Assembly (NCBI GenBank): GCA_964016885.1
Contig: OZ024743.1
Span: 33,542,001-33,606,000 of the forward strand
Length of the DNA stretch: 64,000 bases
Direction: 5' to 3'
DNA from: Eledone cirrhosa
Lineage: Eukaryota
The position numbers and the translations under genes are program-made. The notes beneath the pieces are model-generated. The model was not told the DNA's origin and made no database searches. It was given only the letters and a program-made list of their open reading frames with translations. Below, piece after piece: positions 27,836 through 40,637 of this stretch. How positions within the stretch are numbered: the first letter of the stretch is position 1; each line of letters begins with the position of its first letter.

Positions 27836-28641
27836 GATATATATATATATATATAAACAGTAGCAATAGAATTAAATGGTGCTAAAAATGTAGCGATGAC
27901 AAATAAGGTACTATCTATTTAATATATAGTTAGTTTGCTATGAAGATAAGTCATATGATCCTAATATCTATTTGCTTATGAATGATTTAGCTGCAAGACA
28001 ACAGAGATACAATACAATGCAGTTTGAGGGAATAATCTAGACATTTACTGATTAGTAAAGGCAGTCAGATTTGCTAAATGCCATTATTTATGTTTGATCA
28101 TCATTGAGCTTTCATTTGAAGTTTAGATCTCATGCTCTATTGGGAACAAGTAAGTGGTACAAGCATATAAAGAGTTCATGTATCAGTTTGATGAAAATCA
28201 GAATAAATGGCCATGTTGTCTACTGAAATCATTAATTACTATTAATTTTTATAGTACACCACATCAAAGAATAGTTACACAATGGCCACAAGGAAATTTT
28301 GGTGCAAATAAAGAATTAATTTGATTAAAAATTGATTATACAAACAAAGTGATTAAAACTATTGCAATTACTGCTTTCACCACTACTGCTGCTTCACAAC
28401 GCTTTCATATATAGCCAAGAATAAAATCAATAAAAAATCAGTGTTGACAATGCCACTATGTATAACAATCAAAATTCTATATCAGCAATAGTTATAAAGC
28501 TGTGTGCATCCAATTTAGAATAGGTACACTGTACTCATACATGTTCTAAGAACCAACTGAAAGGGTTGGCACCAGGAAGGACACTTGTTTGTAAAATATG
28601 GCCTCAAATAGTATTCCATGATCCAGCAGGGATGTCCTTAA

Positions 28642-28859
28642 CCCTTCAGCATATATATTACTCTATATTACTCTATATTTACTATTGTATTTTTGTGGTA
28701 AAGGCTTTATCGTAGATAATTATCTCACATAATATCAAATCTGAGATTTTGATGTTATTTATTTTGAGAAAAATACCTAATGCAGTTATGAGCAGCCAGT
28801 TTGAACAGAAAGAAGTGAGAGAATTTTGGCTGGATATGGCTAGTTTAAATGCTAAAGGG
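28642..28859 (-). mobile_element. piggyBac-like MITE family 1
   Basis: Reverse orientation, TTAA-flanked, TIRs present. Confidence 0.85.
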
Positions 28860-29392
28860 TTAAAATGTTTGTCAATGATATTATAAAACTATAAAGTAGC
28901 AAAGACTAAAACACTCAAATACCTAAACAATCATGTATGCACTTTGTAGATTTGGTGGTACTATGAAAAGTACTCAGCTATAAAAACCAAGCTAAAACTT
29001 GAAGCAAAGTGTTTCCCTCAACAAGTGAAGGAGGGAACTAGCTCCAAAGAACTGAATTAGACCTTGATGATGGGGGTGGTGATAACTATGTATATTTGTA
29101 TATAGGAATTAAACTACTAGTGTGTAGTGTATGTAGCAATACCTGTAGATGTGAAAGGAAAAAGTAAAACAGTGGTCAATCAGGAAGAGTGGTGAAATAT
29201 ATTATGTAATGTTCTTTCTTGCATGGAACACAAGCGTTACCCAAGGTTTCAAGGCCCAGATTTGACCATATCTCCAGAATACAAGAGGCATCAATTTGTG
29301 ACCTTTCTCCAGGTGCTTATGAGTTTAGGCCTTGAAAACTTGGGTAGTGCTTTTGTTCCATTTATGAACATAAATAAATAAATATATATATA

Positions 29393-29470
29393 TATAGAAA
29401 TGGCTTCTACAGGACTAGAACTGTTACATTTGAAGGAAATCATCGGGTTACCCCCGATTGATCCTGGGGT
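29393..29470 (-). mobile_element. Short rearranged copy of the 27039/38965 family
   Basis: gcttctacaggactagaactgtt...aaatcatcg joined to inverted gttacccccgattga. Flanked by (TA)n and (ACGC)n. Confidence 0.6.
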
Positions 29471-29611
29471 ACGCACGCACGCACGCACGCACGCACAGGG
29501 AGGAGGAGGTAACTACCCGAAACTGCCTGAGCTTGTGATCAATCCTCTGCTTCATTAAGATATATACATATCTATATATATATATATACTGTGAGTATAT
29601 ATATATATACA

Positions 29612-29613
29612 CA

Positions 29614-29673
<60 letters not shown>

Positions 29674-29685
29674 CACACACACACA
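29612..29685. repeat. (ACGC)n-(AC)n microsatellite; second (ACGC)n at 29471-29497
   Basis: Direct observation. Confidence 0.95.
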
Positions 29686-30149
29686 TTAAGTTTGGCATGC
29701 TTGCATTATTATTGGTTTCATAGATGCAAGTAAACACATTTAAATCTTCATATATGTTGTGGGTTCCAAGTGGGAGTTATAATGTGCTTTGATTGGCTCG
29801 TTCAGATTGCAAGGTGGTGTTGAAGGATCAGTGACATCAGATGTTGTTGTTAGTTGATCTACATAGAAAGGAGGACAGTTTATTATGGTATAAAATGGCA
29901 TTTTAGTGACAGTATACAGCAGATATTTGTTTTGCTGCAAGATCCTTGTAGTTGATGTACCTCCTGACAAGTTTGATTGTAGCAGTAAACAGATGCTTTT
30001 TTTTCTTATCAATTTATATGATCTTGAGGGAGGTACAATAACCCATATACATTCACACATGATGATGATGATGATGATATATTTATTAGAAAGATTTACA
30101 GGTTGAATTAAAAACTTTGTGTTGAGTATGTTCTCTCTTCACAAAGTGT

Positions 30150-30157
30150 GATATATG

Positions 30158-30200
<43 letters not shown>

Positions 30201-30258
30201 ACGATCGGAGTACTCACGACCTCTAACTGGATTACGTATAACGATAACTTGTTACCCC

Positions 30259-30301
<43 letters not shown>

Positions 30302-31079
30302 TGTGTGTATGTGTGTGTGTATATATGTGTGTGTATATATATGTGTGTGTGTATATGTATGTGTGTGTATGTGTGTGTATATATATGTGTGTATATATGT
30401 GTGTGTGTGTATATATGTATGTATGTGTGTATGTATGTATGTGTGTGTATATATGTGTGTGTGTGTATATATATATGTATGTATGTGTGTATATATGTGT
30501 GTGTGTATACATGTGTGTGTGTGTATATATATGTGTGTGTGTGTGTATATATATGTGTGTGTGTATATATATATATATATGTATGTGTGTATATATATAT
30601 ATGTATGTGTATATATATATATGTATGTGTATATATATATGTGTGTATATATATATATATGTATGTGTGTATATATATATATATATATGTATGTGTATAT
30701 ATATATGTGTGTATGTGTATATATATATGTGTGTATATATATATATATGTGTGTATATATATATATATGTGTGTATATATATATATATGTGTGTATATAT
30801 ATATATATGTGTGTATATATATATATATGTGTGTATATATATATATATGTGTGTATATATATATATGTGTGTATATATATATATATATGTGTATATATAT
30901 ATATGTGTGTATATATATATATGTGTGTATATATATATATGTGTATATATATATATGTGTGTGTATATATATATATATGTGTATATATATATATGTGTGT
31001 GTATATATATATATATGTGTATATATATATATGTGTGTGTATATATATATATATATATATGTGTGTGTATATATATATA

Positions 31080-31144
<65 letters not shown>

Positions 31145-31167
31145 ATATATATATGTGTATATATATA

Positions 31168-31198
<31 letters not shown>

Positions 31199-31215
31199 GT
31201 GTATATATATATATA

Positions 31216-31258
<43 letters not shown>
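30150..31258. repeat. Compound (TG)/(TA) microsatellite with a 60-bp unique island at 30199-30260
   Basis: Direct observation. TG-rich at left grading to TA-rich at right. Confidence 0.98.
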
Positions 31259-31262
<4 letters not shown>

Positions 31263-34222
31263 AGGTCGATGTTTGTTGTATTCAAGAGACCAGGTGGAGG
31301 GGAGGGTCGGCTAGATTCATCGTGGGTAAAGAACGATGCTATAAGCTTTTCTGGGTGGGAAATGACAATGGGTTGGGTGGGGTAGGAATCATGGTAGCAG
31401 AAAAGTGGGCAGATAAGATAATAGACGTAAATAGAGTGAACGACAGAATAATTAAAATAAGACTTGTCCTCAATAAAACTACGGTGACAGTAATATCTGC
31501 GTACGCACCCCAATCCGGACTGCCCCGCGCTATAAAAGACAAATTCTACGAGACACTGATGCTCGCTACCTCCCAAATAACCGACAGTGACTATATAGTT
31601 ATTGCAGGCGACCTAAATGGTCACGTTGGACAACATTGTGACGGCTATGACGGAATCCATGGAGGCTATGGGTTCGGTACTAGTAATGAGGAAGGCTCCA
31701 GAATCCTGGAATTCTGCGACGCAAATAACTTAACTATCTGTAACACTAACTTCAAAAAACGAGACAATCACTTGATCACCTATAGATCGGGGGAACACAC
31801 AAGCCAGGTAGATTATATCCTTACCAGAAGACGTGACAGAGTGTCTGTTGTTAACACTAAATCCCACCCCCATGAAGAATTCACCTCCCAACATAGACTG
31901 ATAATTAGCGACCTCATAGTCAGGACGAGACGTACTAGACAGCGGAAGAGGACTATCCTCAGGAGAAAAATATGGAAGCTAAAGGACCCCATAGCCAGAA
32001 ATAAATTCCAAAGCATATTACTTGACGCTTTCGACAGTAAGGAAGAGCAATTAGAGTCGTATAATATAGAGGAACAGTGGGAATTCCTGAGAGCAAACCT
32101 GCTGACGGCGGCAGACGAAGTCTGTGGCTGGAGCAGGCCTGTAGGTAGGAGGAGAGTAACATGGTGGTGGAACAGTAAGGTGGAGGAGTCAATTAAGGCC
32201 AAAAAGCAGGCTTGGAAAGTATGGCGGGATGGGGGAAGTAGAGAAGACTATCAAGTGGCCAGGAGGGAAGCTAGGAGACAAGTGTACTTCGCAAGAAGGG
32301 AAGCAGAGGAAAGAAAGTTCAAGCATGTTCTACAACGTGAGGACCAAAAACGTGAGGTGTTCAGGATTGCCAGGCAATGTGTCAAGGAAAACCGTGATAT
32401 TGTCGGGGAGAAGTGTGTACTTAACGATGATGGCATACTTGCCATCACCGACGCTGATAAGAAGGTAGCTTGGAAGTGTCACTACGAAAGGCTTCTAAAT
32501 GAGGAGAACAAATGGGAGAAAGACAGTCTCCCCCAGATCGATCCAATAGAGGGACCAGCAGTGTTAGTTGAAGGTAGTATAATAAGTAAGGCAATCAAAG
32601 ATATGAAGACGGGTAAGGCGGCTGGGCCTTCGGAAATAGTTGCTGAGATGCTGAAGGCATCTGGTCCGGTGGGACACACCATGGTCACCCGGATAGTTAA
32701 CCAAGTCGTACAGAATGGGGTTGTTCCGAAGGAATGGCGTAGCAGCATCATCGTTAACTGCTATAAGGGAAAAGGAGATGCCCTAGATAGGAGTAACTAT
32801 AGAGGCATTAAATTAATCGACCAGGTCATGAAGGTCACGGAAAAAGTAATAGCGCAACTAATCAGAGAGAGAATTGATCTAGATGAAATGCAGTTCGGGT
32901 TTGTGTCAGGCAAAAGTACCACAGACGCTCTTTTCATTGTACGACAACTACAGGAGAAGTACCTAGCTAAAAGTAAACCCCTATACTTAGCTTTCGTCGA
33001 CTTGGAGAAAGCCTTCGACAGAGTCCCCCGTTCCATTATCTGGTGGTCTCTTAGAAAACTAGGTGTTGACGAATGGCTTGTGAGAGCTATACAAGCCATG
33101 TATAAAGAAACAGTCAGTAAGGTTAGAATTAACAACGAATATAGTGAAGAGTTTAGCGTAAAAGTTGGTGTCCATCAGGGCTCTGTTCTTAGCCCCCTAC
33201 TATTTATTATTGCCCTTCAGGCTATAACAGAGGAGTTCAAGACCGGCTGCCCATGGGAACTCCTATACGCAGATGATCTAACGCTCATAGTTGAATCAAT
33301 GACCGAACTAGAGAAGAAATTCCAAACGTGGAAGCACGGCCTAGAATCAAAAGGCCTTAAAATTAACCTGGCTAAGACTAAAGTTCTAGTTTGTAGGAAA
33401 GAAAATAAGGCGGCGGTCCCATCGGGGAAATGGCCATGCTCAGTGTGTAGGAAAGGCGTAGGTAGAAACTCCATTTTATGTCCCAAATGCAAAGTATGGG
33501 TGCATAAAAGATGTCGTGGGATCACAGGTAAGCTAACTAAGAATATAGATTTTACATGTGGCCGGTGCTCTGGTGCAATAAGTAGCAGCAAGTGCCCACA
33601 AAATACTAGCTCCTTCAACTGCGCAGAGGGTTCTATAGAAATAGTGGACAGCTTCCGTTATCTGGGTGACAAAATCAGCAGTGGGGGAGGGTGCTCTGAA
33701 AGTACAGTAGCTAGAGTCAGAACTGGATGGAAAAAGTTCAGAGAGCTTATACCACTATTAGCCGCTAGAGGGTTCTCCCTAAAAATGAAAGGTAGGTTAT
33801 ACGATGCCTGCATACGAACAGCAATGCTGCATGGCAGTGAGACCTGGGCATTGTGTGCAGAGGATATACGCAGACTAGAGAGGAACGAAGCTTGCATGCT
33901 CCGCTGGATGTGCAATAGTAATATACGTGAACGGCAAAGCATAAACGAACTAAGGAAAAAATTAGAAATAAGAGGGATCAGATGTTGTTTACTCGAGAGA
34001 AGGCTACGTTGGTACGGTCACGTGATGCGCATGAAAGACGACAGCTGTATAACAAAGTGCAGGGCAATAAAGATAGACGGTAGCCACGGAGTAGGCAGAC
34101 CCAGAAAAACATGGGACGAGCTGATAAATTCCGACCTCACACGCTTACACCTCTCCAAGACAATGTCACTGGACCGAGACCTTTGGCGGTACTCAGTAAT
34201 AGAGAAGACCCGCCTTACCTAA
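31259..34222 (+). CDS. RTE-clade non-LTR retrotransposon ORF (APE endonuclease + reverse transcriptase + internal PHD-type finger), slightly 5'-truncated, stop-free for 987 codons
   Basis: APE motifs [35 protein letters not shown] motifs [41 protein letters not shown] (33266-33277), FRYLG. RTE-type C-terminus GSETWAL...[11 protein letters not shown]...GRPRKTW. The first ~330 aa of the track's 1319-aa ORF are (TA/TG)n artefact. Confidence 0.96.
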
Positions 34223-34727
34223 ATACAAAGTAAAAACCTACTACAGTCAGTAGGCATCTCTATCAAAACACACCCCCGTCCCACCACCCTCCACCCCACC
34301 CACACCGCCCCTTTCAATGTAAAGTTATGTTGGTCCCACAACATCCAGGCCGAAACAAATGAGATCGTGTAGGTGTCACGACAAAAAACACACAGTCCAC
34401 GCTGTAAATGTGGCCGTGTAGGCAACACGGTAAAAACCTCCCAGCCCCACACTGTAAATGTGGTTGGTGTTAGGAAGGGCATCCAGCTGTAGAAAACCCG
34501 CCAGACAGTCCACGCTGTAATGTGGCCGTGTAGGCAACACGGTAAAAACCTCCCAGCCCCACACTGTAAATGTGGTTGGTGTTAGGAAGGGCATCCAACT
34601 GTAGAAAACCCGCCAGACAGTCCTATGCGAGCAAGACAACCACTCTTGCCTCAAGTGGGAAAACCCCCGTCCAAACCCATGCAAGCGTGGAACACGGACG
34701 CTAAACCTGATGATGATGATGATGATG
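31259..34727 (+). mobile_element. RTE-clade LINE copy 1 including 3' UTR and (GAT)n tail
   Basis: ORF above, then ~490-bp 3' UTR ending ggacgctaaacc(tga)n at 34708-34727. Both flanks are (TA/TG)n. Confidence 0.95.
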
Positions 34728-34777
34728 TGTGTGTATATATATATATATATATGTGTGTGTATATATATATATATATA

Positions 34778-34820
<43 letters not shown>

Positions 34821-34860
34821 AAAGATGTGAGAAAAACCACAGACCCTCCATCTCAACTCA

Positions 34861-34898
34861 CCTTTTGAAAAGCAGAAGAACTGCGAAACCGGTAAAGG
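34861..34898 (+). ncRNA. Minimal type-I hammerhead ribozyme motif, U3-A8 core variant
   Basis: cctt-TTGAAAA-gcag(aagaa)ctgc-GAAA-ccgg-TA-aagg. Stem I 4 bp, stem II 4 bp, palindromic CCGG stem-III loop, GUA cleavage triplet. AATAAA at 34904-34909. Confidence 0.8.
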
Positions 34899-35034
34899 AA
34901 CCAAATAAATATATATATTTAAAAAAAATAAGACTTCAGTTGCATTTTCGATTTCATCCCTTTTTCTTTATACTTCCACTCGTGTAGGACACCTCGGTTA
35001 TTTTTCATTTTGTAAAAAAAACCTCACTTTCTAA

Positions 35035-36530
<1,496 letters not shown>

Positions 36531-36649
36531 TTTTGGGTTTGCTAATCACATAGTAGCACAGCACTTCATTGATGTATATAGATGTGTTGGTTATGCCATT
36601 GCCTGTACCTATAACCTTGTTTCAATATGATCGATTGAGTCAGTCGTGA

Positions 36650-37462
36650 GGAACTCAACAAATCTGCCACTAAAACATTGAATTTTTTAACACAAATTTA
36701 AGGAGATGACACGAGATTTTTAATTGGCACAAAGCTTTCAAAGATGGCCGAGCAAATGTCAAAGATGAACCTCATTCTGGAAGGGTAATCTTGTCAATAA
36801 ATGAACAAAATGTAGAAGTTGTGTGAGCAGTGATGGTGAAATATTGCTGATTATTTGTTAGGATGATTGCAGAAGAAGCAACCTTGGATAAATATGGAGT
36901 TCACGGAATTTTAACACAACATTTACACATGCGCAAATTTGTGCAAAATTAGTGCCCAAACACTTGTCTGTGGCGGAAAAAGCAAACCGATTGGAAATTT
37001 GTCAGAATTTGCTAGAAAGACTTGAAATTCAGCCAAATCTCTTAAAAAAAGTAATAACCTGAGATGAATCATGGGTGTTTGAATTTGATGCAGAAAGAAC
37101 ACTGCAAAGTGAGGAGTAGCACATGAATAATTCTCCTCATGTGAAGAAAGCATGCATGAGCAGATCCAGGCTGAAAATGATGATTAGAATTTTTACCTTC
37201 AGGACACTGAGTTAATCGCGTCTTCCACAAAGATATCTTGGAACAACTTTGAAAATGGTTCCAAAAGGACATTGCAAGGGATTGGGTACTGCACCACAAT
37301 AATGTGCCTGCTCATACATCACTTTGAGTTAGAGAATTTCTGGCAAAGAAAAACATTCCCACTATTCCACATCCTCCCTACAGCCCAAGTCTAGCTCCAT
37401 GTGATTTCTACCTCTTCCCTAGTTTGAAATCGAAGTTGAAGGGTCATCATTTTGGTACTGTG
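36650..37462 (+). pseudogene. mariner (Tc1/mariner superfamily) transposase remnant
   Basis: Fragments FNWHKAFKDGR...DEPHSGR, DESWVFEFD, LHHNNVPAH, PHPPYSPSLAPCDFYLFP.LKSKLKG, with multiple stops and frameshifts. Cut at the 3' side by (TA)n. Confidence 0.9.
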
Positions 37463-37487
37463 GTATATATATATATATATATATTTA

Positions 37488-37757
37488 TTTATTTAGGTTT
37501 GTTGGTTCACCACCGACCGAGGTAGAAGCTGCTAAATGTTCGGTTGCCCTCATGTCTCTGATTTTCAGCCCCATCAATTTTGTATATTATATATATATAT
37601 ATATATATATTATAAAATAACAGGAGGCTGGATTGGTGTAATTCCTTAAAAGGTTTATTATACTATGATCATTTCAATGACCAGGTTCAGTATGAATCCG
37701 GTGACATCATCAGGTATTCGAAATATAACAAAGGAATATAATATACAAAATCCATAT
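37488..37757. mobile_element. Second locus of the same Penelope-like family, rearranged pieces separated by (TA)n
   Basis: 37615-37755 matches the 58035 arm. gattttcagccccat and ggttcacca segments match 58859-58873 and the reverse complement of ~59141-59160. Confidence 0.7.
37660..37717 (-). ncRNA. Minimal type-I hammerhead ribozyme motif (TGATCA family)
   Basis: Minus strand reads atac-CTGATGA-tgtcaccggattcatactgaacctggtcatt-GAAA-tgatca-TA-gtat-AATAAA. Confidence 0.75.
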
Positions 37758-37790
37758 ATATATATATATAAATATATATAAATATAATAT

Positions 37791-38123
37791 GGCACATGGC
37801 TTAGTGGTTAGAGCATTGGCCTTGCAATCGAAAGGTTGTGAGTTCAATTCTCAGACCGGGTGATGTGTTGTTTCCTTGAGCAAGACACTTTATTTCACAT
37901 TGCTCCAGTTTACTCAGCTGTAGAAATGAGATGATAGGGACTGGGGTCCGTATCATTCCACTGCAAAGTGGTCGTGGAGGTGCCACGGCAAAAAAGCACC
38001 CAGCACACGCTGTAAATGAGGTTGGTGTTAGGAAGGGCATCCAGCTGTAGAAATCAAGCCAGAATCAGTTCCCGTTGCACCCTTGCAAGCAGGGAAAAGT
38101 GGACGTAAAATGATGATGATGAT
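37791..38123 (+). mobile_element. SINE family A, full length
   Basis: ggcacatggcttagtgg...ggacgtaaaa(tga)n, within a TA-rich tract. Confidence 0.9.
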
Positions 38124-38927
38124 ATATATATATAAATAAATAAATGCACACTCACGTAATTGGCAGTAGCATATATATCTCTATTTGTGCCCATGCACAT
38201 ATGTGTAATATATATTTTCATGCACCTATGTGCGTGTGTATGCATATATGTATGTGTACATGTATTTCTACACACATACACACACACACACACAATCATT
38301 GTGTGCATATGCCTGTTTTCAGTATAATTTAAGCTGCATGTTCTAATACATTTGGAAACATTCACTAAACAAATGTGCTGAATATATCTAATTATCAATA
38401 CAATACTCTAGCAGTGTATAAGAAGAAATCAAACTTAAAATTTTTCTTTTTAAATCCAATCAGTTCAAATTAAATTAAGCAAAATGGAAGAACAAAATTT
38501 TGTCAATAATAATAATAATAAATGTGCTTAGAATAGAAAAAAAAATCAACTTTGAATTCTTTAAAAAAGCACTCCTAGTACCTGTGTTTATTGATTAAAT
38601 ATATTAATTTTTGCTTGCTTTTTTAAATTTTGTTTACTGTTTATTCCTTGTAATTTTTCATTCCATAATATCTTCTATCATCATCTGCAACATCTTTACT
38701 TTCTTAGTAATACCATTTTCAATAATTAAAATATATTTTAGAATACTTGTTACCTATTTTTCTAACTAATGGATGAATATATATATATATATATATATAT
38801 GGGGAGTGTCATATTGTAATAATATTGCCAGAAATAATAACAGAACACACTCACTGTTTGGCTGGTTTTCGCTTCTGTATCTTTTATATCCATAGTTAAT
38901 TTATTTGGCAATCAATGTTTATCATTG

Positions 38928-38964
<37 letters not shown>

Positions 38965-38967
<3 letters not shown>

Positions 38968-39136
38968 TCTCCCATGTTCAATCGGGGGTAACCATAGTAA
39001 GTAAAGTACTCAATACATTAGTAGAGTGTAAACATCAAGTTTAATATAGAAATGGCTTCTACAGGACTAGCACTGTTTCATTTAAAAGAAATCATCAGTT
39101 CTAGTCTTCTAGAAGCAGTTTCTATATTAAACTTGA
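38965..39136 (-). mobile_element. Same family as 27039-27218; fold-back with CTGATGA...GAAA core
   Basis: Inverted repeat at 39035-39136. Minus strand reads CTGATGA-tttcttttaaat-GAAA-cagtgcta-GTC. Follows (TA)n. Confidence 0.65.
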
Positions 39137-39502
39137 GAGAGAGAAAGATGCACGCATGCACACACACTGTATGGCTGTGTGATTAAGAGAAGTTCACTCT
39201 TTGTAACACATGAATTCAGATTCAGTCCCACTGTAGTTCCATGGCAAGTTTGGACAATGCCTAATGAATGGAATTTGGTAGGCAGAACTGAAGAAGTGTG
39301 TGTGTGTAGAGGTTTGATAAAAAGCGTCGGGTAAAATAAATACCAGACTTGAAAAAAAATATGATTGATCAAATCACTTCAAGAGGTTGCCCCTGCATGG
39401 CTACAGTCTAATGACTTAAACCAATAGAGGAATATAAGAATAATTGACAAAGTTAATGAACTTTATCATATTAAAACTGTTGCAGGTATATTGATAATTA
39501 TT

Positions 39503-39916
39503 TCAAGTTTGGGCACAAGGCCAGCAATTTGGGGGAGGGGAAAGCCGATTAAATTGACCCCAGTGTGCTACTGGTATTTTATTTTATCGACCCCATTAGG
39601 ATAAAAGGCAAAGCTACCTCAGCTGGATTTGAACTCATAACGTAAAGGGCGGTAACTCTCTGCTACTAAACATGTTGTCTGACGCTCTACCAATTCTACC
39701 AATCCACCACCCTTGGCATGTTTATTGATAATTGTTTTTACTTTTGGCACAAAACCAGCAATTACCCCAGTGTATTACTGGTGCTTTATTTTATCGAGCC
39801 CGTAAGGATGAAAGGCAAAGTTAACCTTGGCGGGATTTGAACTCAGATTATAAAGGGCCGTAACTCTTTGCTGCAAAACATGGCATCAGACCCTCTACCG
39901 ATACTTCCAATCCACC
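39503..39916 (-). mobile_element. Two adjacent same-orientation SINE family B copies
   Basis: 39503-39713 and 39736-39916 each match 7829-8011. Confidence 0.85.
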
Positions 39917-40583
39917 ATGTTTATTGATAATATACATGTATGTGTGTCCGTATCTTCAAAAATATGTTACTCAACTAAAATATTTGTATTACTTGTCACC
40001 ACAATGCAAGTAACTCTAATACAGGAATCTCAAACTCTAAGACTCAAAAGGGTTATTACTTCCTGGGGATGTATCACAGTGGGCAAAAAGTGGTATGTGT
40101 GTATTCATAAAAATGAATACACACATGATATTAAGTGAGATATGTGAATCAGTACAAAATATAGGGGAATAAATTTTCCATTTCAGATTTTCAGTTGGTC
40201 TGCCATGGGCCATAGGAAATTAGTTTGTGGGTCGCTGCTCTCAAAGTAGTTGATATTTATAAATAATAGTTGAATGAATCAGATAAAACAGTACAGAAAT
40301 GTCCACTATTTTTCCATCACCAGAGTCAATTTACCTGATTTATTCAACAATTATTTATAGTTATCTGCATTGTGCCAACTATATTTTGTAAGTCAATGCT
40401 TTGTAAGTCAACCAAATCATATTACTAGAGTTTTTCTTAACCAATGAAAGACTATAGATGGCAATGAAACAGTAATCTATAGAAAATAGTGGTTATCTAG
40501 TTCACACTCTTTAGATGATGAAGAATTTGACACATTCTATTGATTCTGTTCTATCAATAAAGTAAAGAACAAGCATTTCACCT

Positions 40584-40637
<54 letters not shown>

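Noticed and set aside
29498-29545. gagga-ggtaactaccc-gaaa as a hammerhead
   Set aside because: Lacks the CU of the core and a recognisable stem I/III. At best a decayed relic.
30086-31258. Long YI/CV ORFs and the N-terminal ~330 aa of the 1319-aa ORF
   Set aside because: Microsatellite artefact. Real coding similarity begins at 31259.
37791-37865. tRNA gene
   Set aside because: A/B boxes are present but run into a SINE body and tail, so this is a SINE head. The same applies to 2075-2146 and 27471-27535.
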